Positions 30,435 through 32,000 of a DNA stretch of 32,000 bases are shown piece by piece. The notes beneath the pieces were generated by a model, which worked only from the letters and a program-made list of their open reading frames with translations, ran no database searches and was not told the DNA's origin. The stretch lies in assembly GCF_041879505.1 (NCBI RefSeq), contig NZ_CP169003.1, one strand, 5' to 3'. Position numbers and translations under genes: made by a program. This stretch comes from Escherichia coli (GTDB taxonomy: Bacteria; Pseudomonadota; Gammaproteobacteria; Enterobacterales; Enterobacteriaceae). The first letter of the stretch is position 1; each line of letters begins with the position of its first letter.

Positions 30435-32000
30435 TTATTTCACACAGCGAGTGCACTGTGTGAGTTGTATCTGCTGGAAGAAGTCATTTCCTTTATCATC
30501 CACAAGGATAAACGCCGGGAAATCTTCCACTTCAATTTTCCAGATGGCTTCCATTCCCAGTTCCGGATATTCAACACATTCCAGGCTCTTAATACTTCCC
30601 TGCGCCAATACAGCGGCCGGACCACCGATACTGCCAAGGTAGAAGCCGCCGTGTTTTTTACAGGCATCCGTCACCTGCTGGCTGCGGTTGCCTTTCGCCA
30701 GCATGATCATACTTCCGCCCTGCGCTTGCAGTTGATCGACATAAGAATCCATCCGTCCGGCGGTCGTTGGGCCAAGAGAACCGGAGGCATAACCTTCCGG
30801 CGTTTTGGCCGGACCCGCGTAGTAAATCGGATGATCTTTAATGTACTGCGGCAGCCCTTCACCGTTATCCATCCGCTCTTTCAGTTTGGCGTGAGCAATA
30901 TCACGACCGACGATAATCGTGCCGTTAAGCGATAAGCGTGTAGAAACGGGATACTGCGACAACTGTGCGAGGATCTCTTTCATCGGACGGTTAAGGTCAA
31001 CGCGCACCGCTTCGCCTTCTCCCGCTTTACGCAGCTCTTCAGGGATATATTTACCTGGATTATGTTCCAGTTTTTCGATCCAGATCCCCTGACGGTTGAT
31101 CTTCGCTTTGATATTACGGTCAGCAGAGCAGGAAACACCCATACCAACCGGACAGGATGCGCCGTGACGTGGCAGGCGAATCACGCGTATGTCGTGAGCG
31201 AAGTATTTACCACCAAACTGCGCACCCAGACCGAGATTTTGCGCTTCGATCAGCAATTCTTTTTCCAGTTCCACATCGCGGAATGCCTGACCGTGCTCAT
31301 TCCCTTCCGTTGGCAGTTCGTCATAGTATTTAGCGGAAGCCAGTTTCACTGTTTTAAGGTTAGTTTCTGCAGAAGTTCCACCAATTACGAACGCAATATG
31401 ATACGGAGGACAGGCCGCCGTACCCAGCGTGCGCATCTTCTCAACCAGGTAATTTTTCAGTTTCCCCGGCGTTAGTAACGCTTTGGTTTCCTGATAGAGA
31501 TACGTCTTGTTTGCCGAACCACCACCTTTGGCGATACAGAGGAATTTGTACTCGTCGCCATCAACGGCATAAAGATCGATCTGCGCTGGCAGATTGGTGC
31601 CGGTATTCACCTCTTTATACATATCCAGCGGCGCGTTTTGCGAGTAGCGCAAATTATCTTCGATATAAGTGTTATAGACACCGCGCGCCAGCGCCGCTTC
31701 ATCACAGCCACCGGTCCATACACGCTGCCCTTTTTTACCAACAATAATCGCAGTGCCGGTATCCTGACAGGTTGGCAGAACGCCTTTCGCCGCGATGTCG
31801 GAGTTACGCAGGAATTGCAGCGCCACATATTTATCATTTTCGCTGGCCTCCGGGTCACGCAGAATGTCGGCCACCTGTTGTTGGTGAGCCGGACGCAGCA
31901 TAAACGACGCATCATGAAACGCCTGACGCGCCAACAGAGTTAACGCTTCGGGTGCGACTTTCAAAATCTCCTGCCCTTCAAATTCAGATACGCTAACGTG
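30435..32000 (-). CDS. fumA: Fumarase A (class I), 5' end beyond the window
   Basis: Minus-strand frame is open through position 32000 (...[20 protein letters not shown]...). Confidence 0.96.
   Translation of the reverse strand, partial: HVSVSEFEGQEILKVAPEALTLLARQAFHDASFMLRPAHQQQVADILRDPEASENDKYVALQFLRNSDIAAKGVLPTCQDTGTAIIVGKKGQRVWTGGCDEAALARGVYNTYIEDNLRYSQNAPLDMYKEVNTGTNLPAQIDLYAVDGDEYKFLCIAKGGGSANKTYLYQETKALLTPGKLKNYLVEKMRTLGTAACPPYHIAFVIGGTSAETNLKTVKLASAKYYDELPTEGNEHGQAFRDVELEKELLIEAQNLGLGAQFGGKYFAHDIRVIRLPRHGASCPVGMGVSCSADRNIKAKINRQGIWIEKLEHNPGKYIPEELRKAGEGEAVRVDLNRPMKEILAQLSQYPVSTRLSLNGTIIVGRDIAHAKLKERMDNGEGLPQYIKDHPIYYAGPAKTPEGYASGSLGPTTAGRMDSYVDQLQAQGGSMIMLAKGNRSQQVTDACKKHGGFYLGSIGGPAAVLAQGSIKSLECVEYPELGMEAIWKIEVEDFPAFILVDDKGNDFFQQIQLTQCTRCVK

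Overview
The window is an Escherichia coli-type chromosomal segment in K-12-like order: asr-ydgU-ydgD-mdtI/mdtJ-tqsA-pntB/pntA-ydgH-ydgI-folM-ydgC-rstA-rstB-TerB-tus-fumC-fumA. A 14.9-kb integrated element (about 2867..17753) splits tqsA, with a 9-bp core repeat TGCTGTTAT at both junctions. The element encodes a tyrosine integrase, an AlpA-like regulator, a P4-type primase/helicase, an SSB, a complete HK97-type head and packaging module (capsid, protease, portal, two connectors, HNH, TerS, TerL), and no recognisable tail, holin or lysis gene. This is the architecture of a capsid-forming phage satellite (cf-PICI). The protein content alone does not explain several non-coding signals: (1) four arrays of ACAA/TTGT repeats phased at exactly 10 bp, one at each element end, one upstream of the capsid operon and one upstream of alpA; (2) a structured leader with mutually exclusive pairings that hides the capsid Shine-Dalgarno; (3) an iteron cluster of eight GGTGAACAG copies beside the primase; (4) a 12+12-bp inverted operator over a consensus-like leftward promoter, facing an outward RHH-like gene; (5) three 27-bp tandem dyads plus a 20-bp palindrome near the left end. 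All calls were made by reading the sequence; no searches were run.
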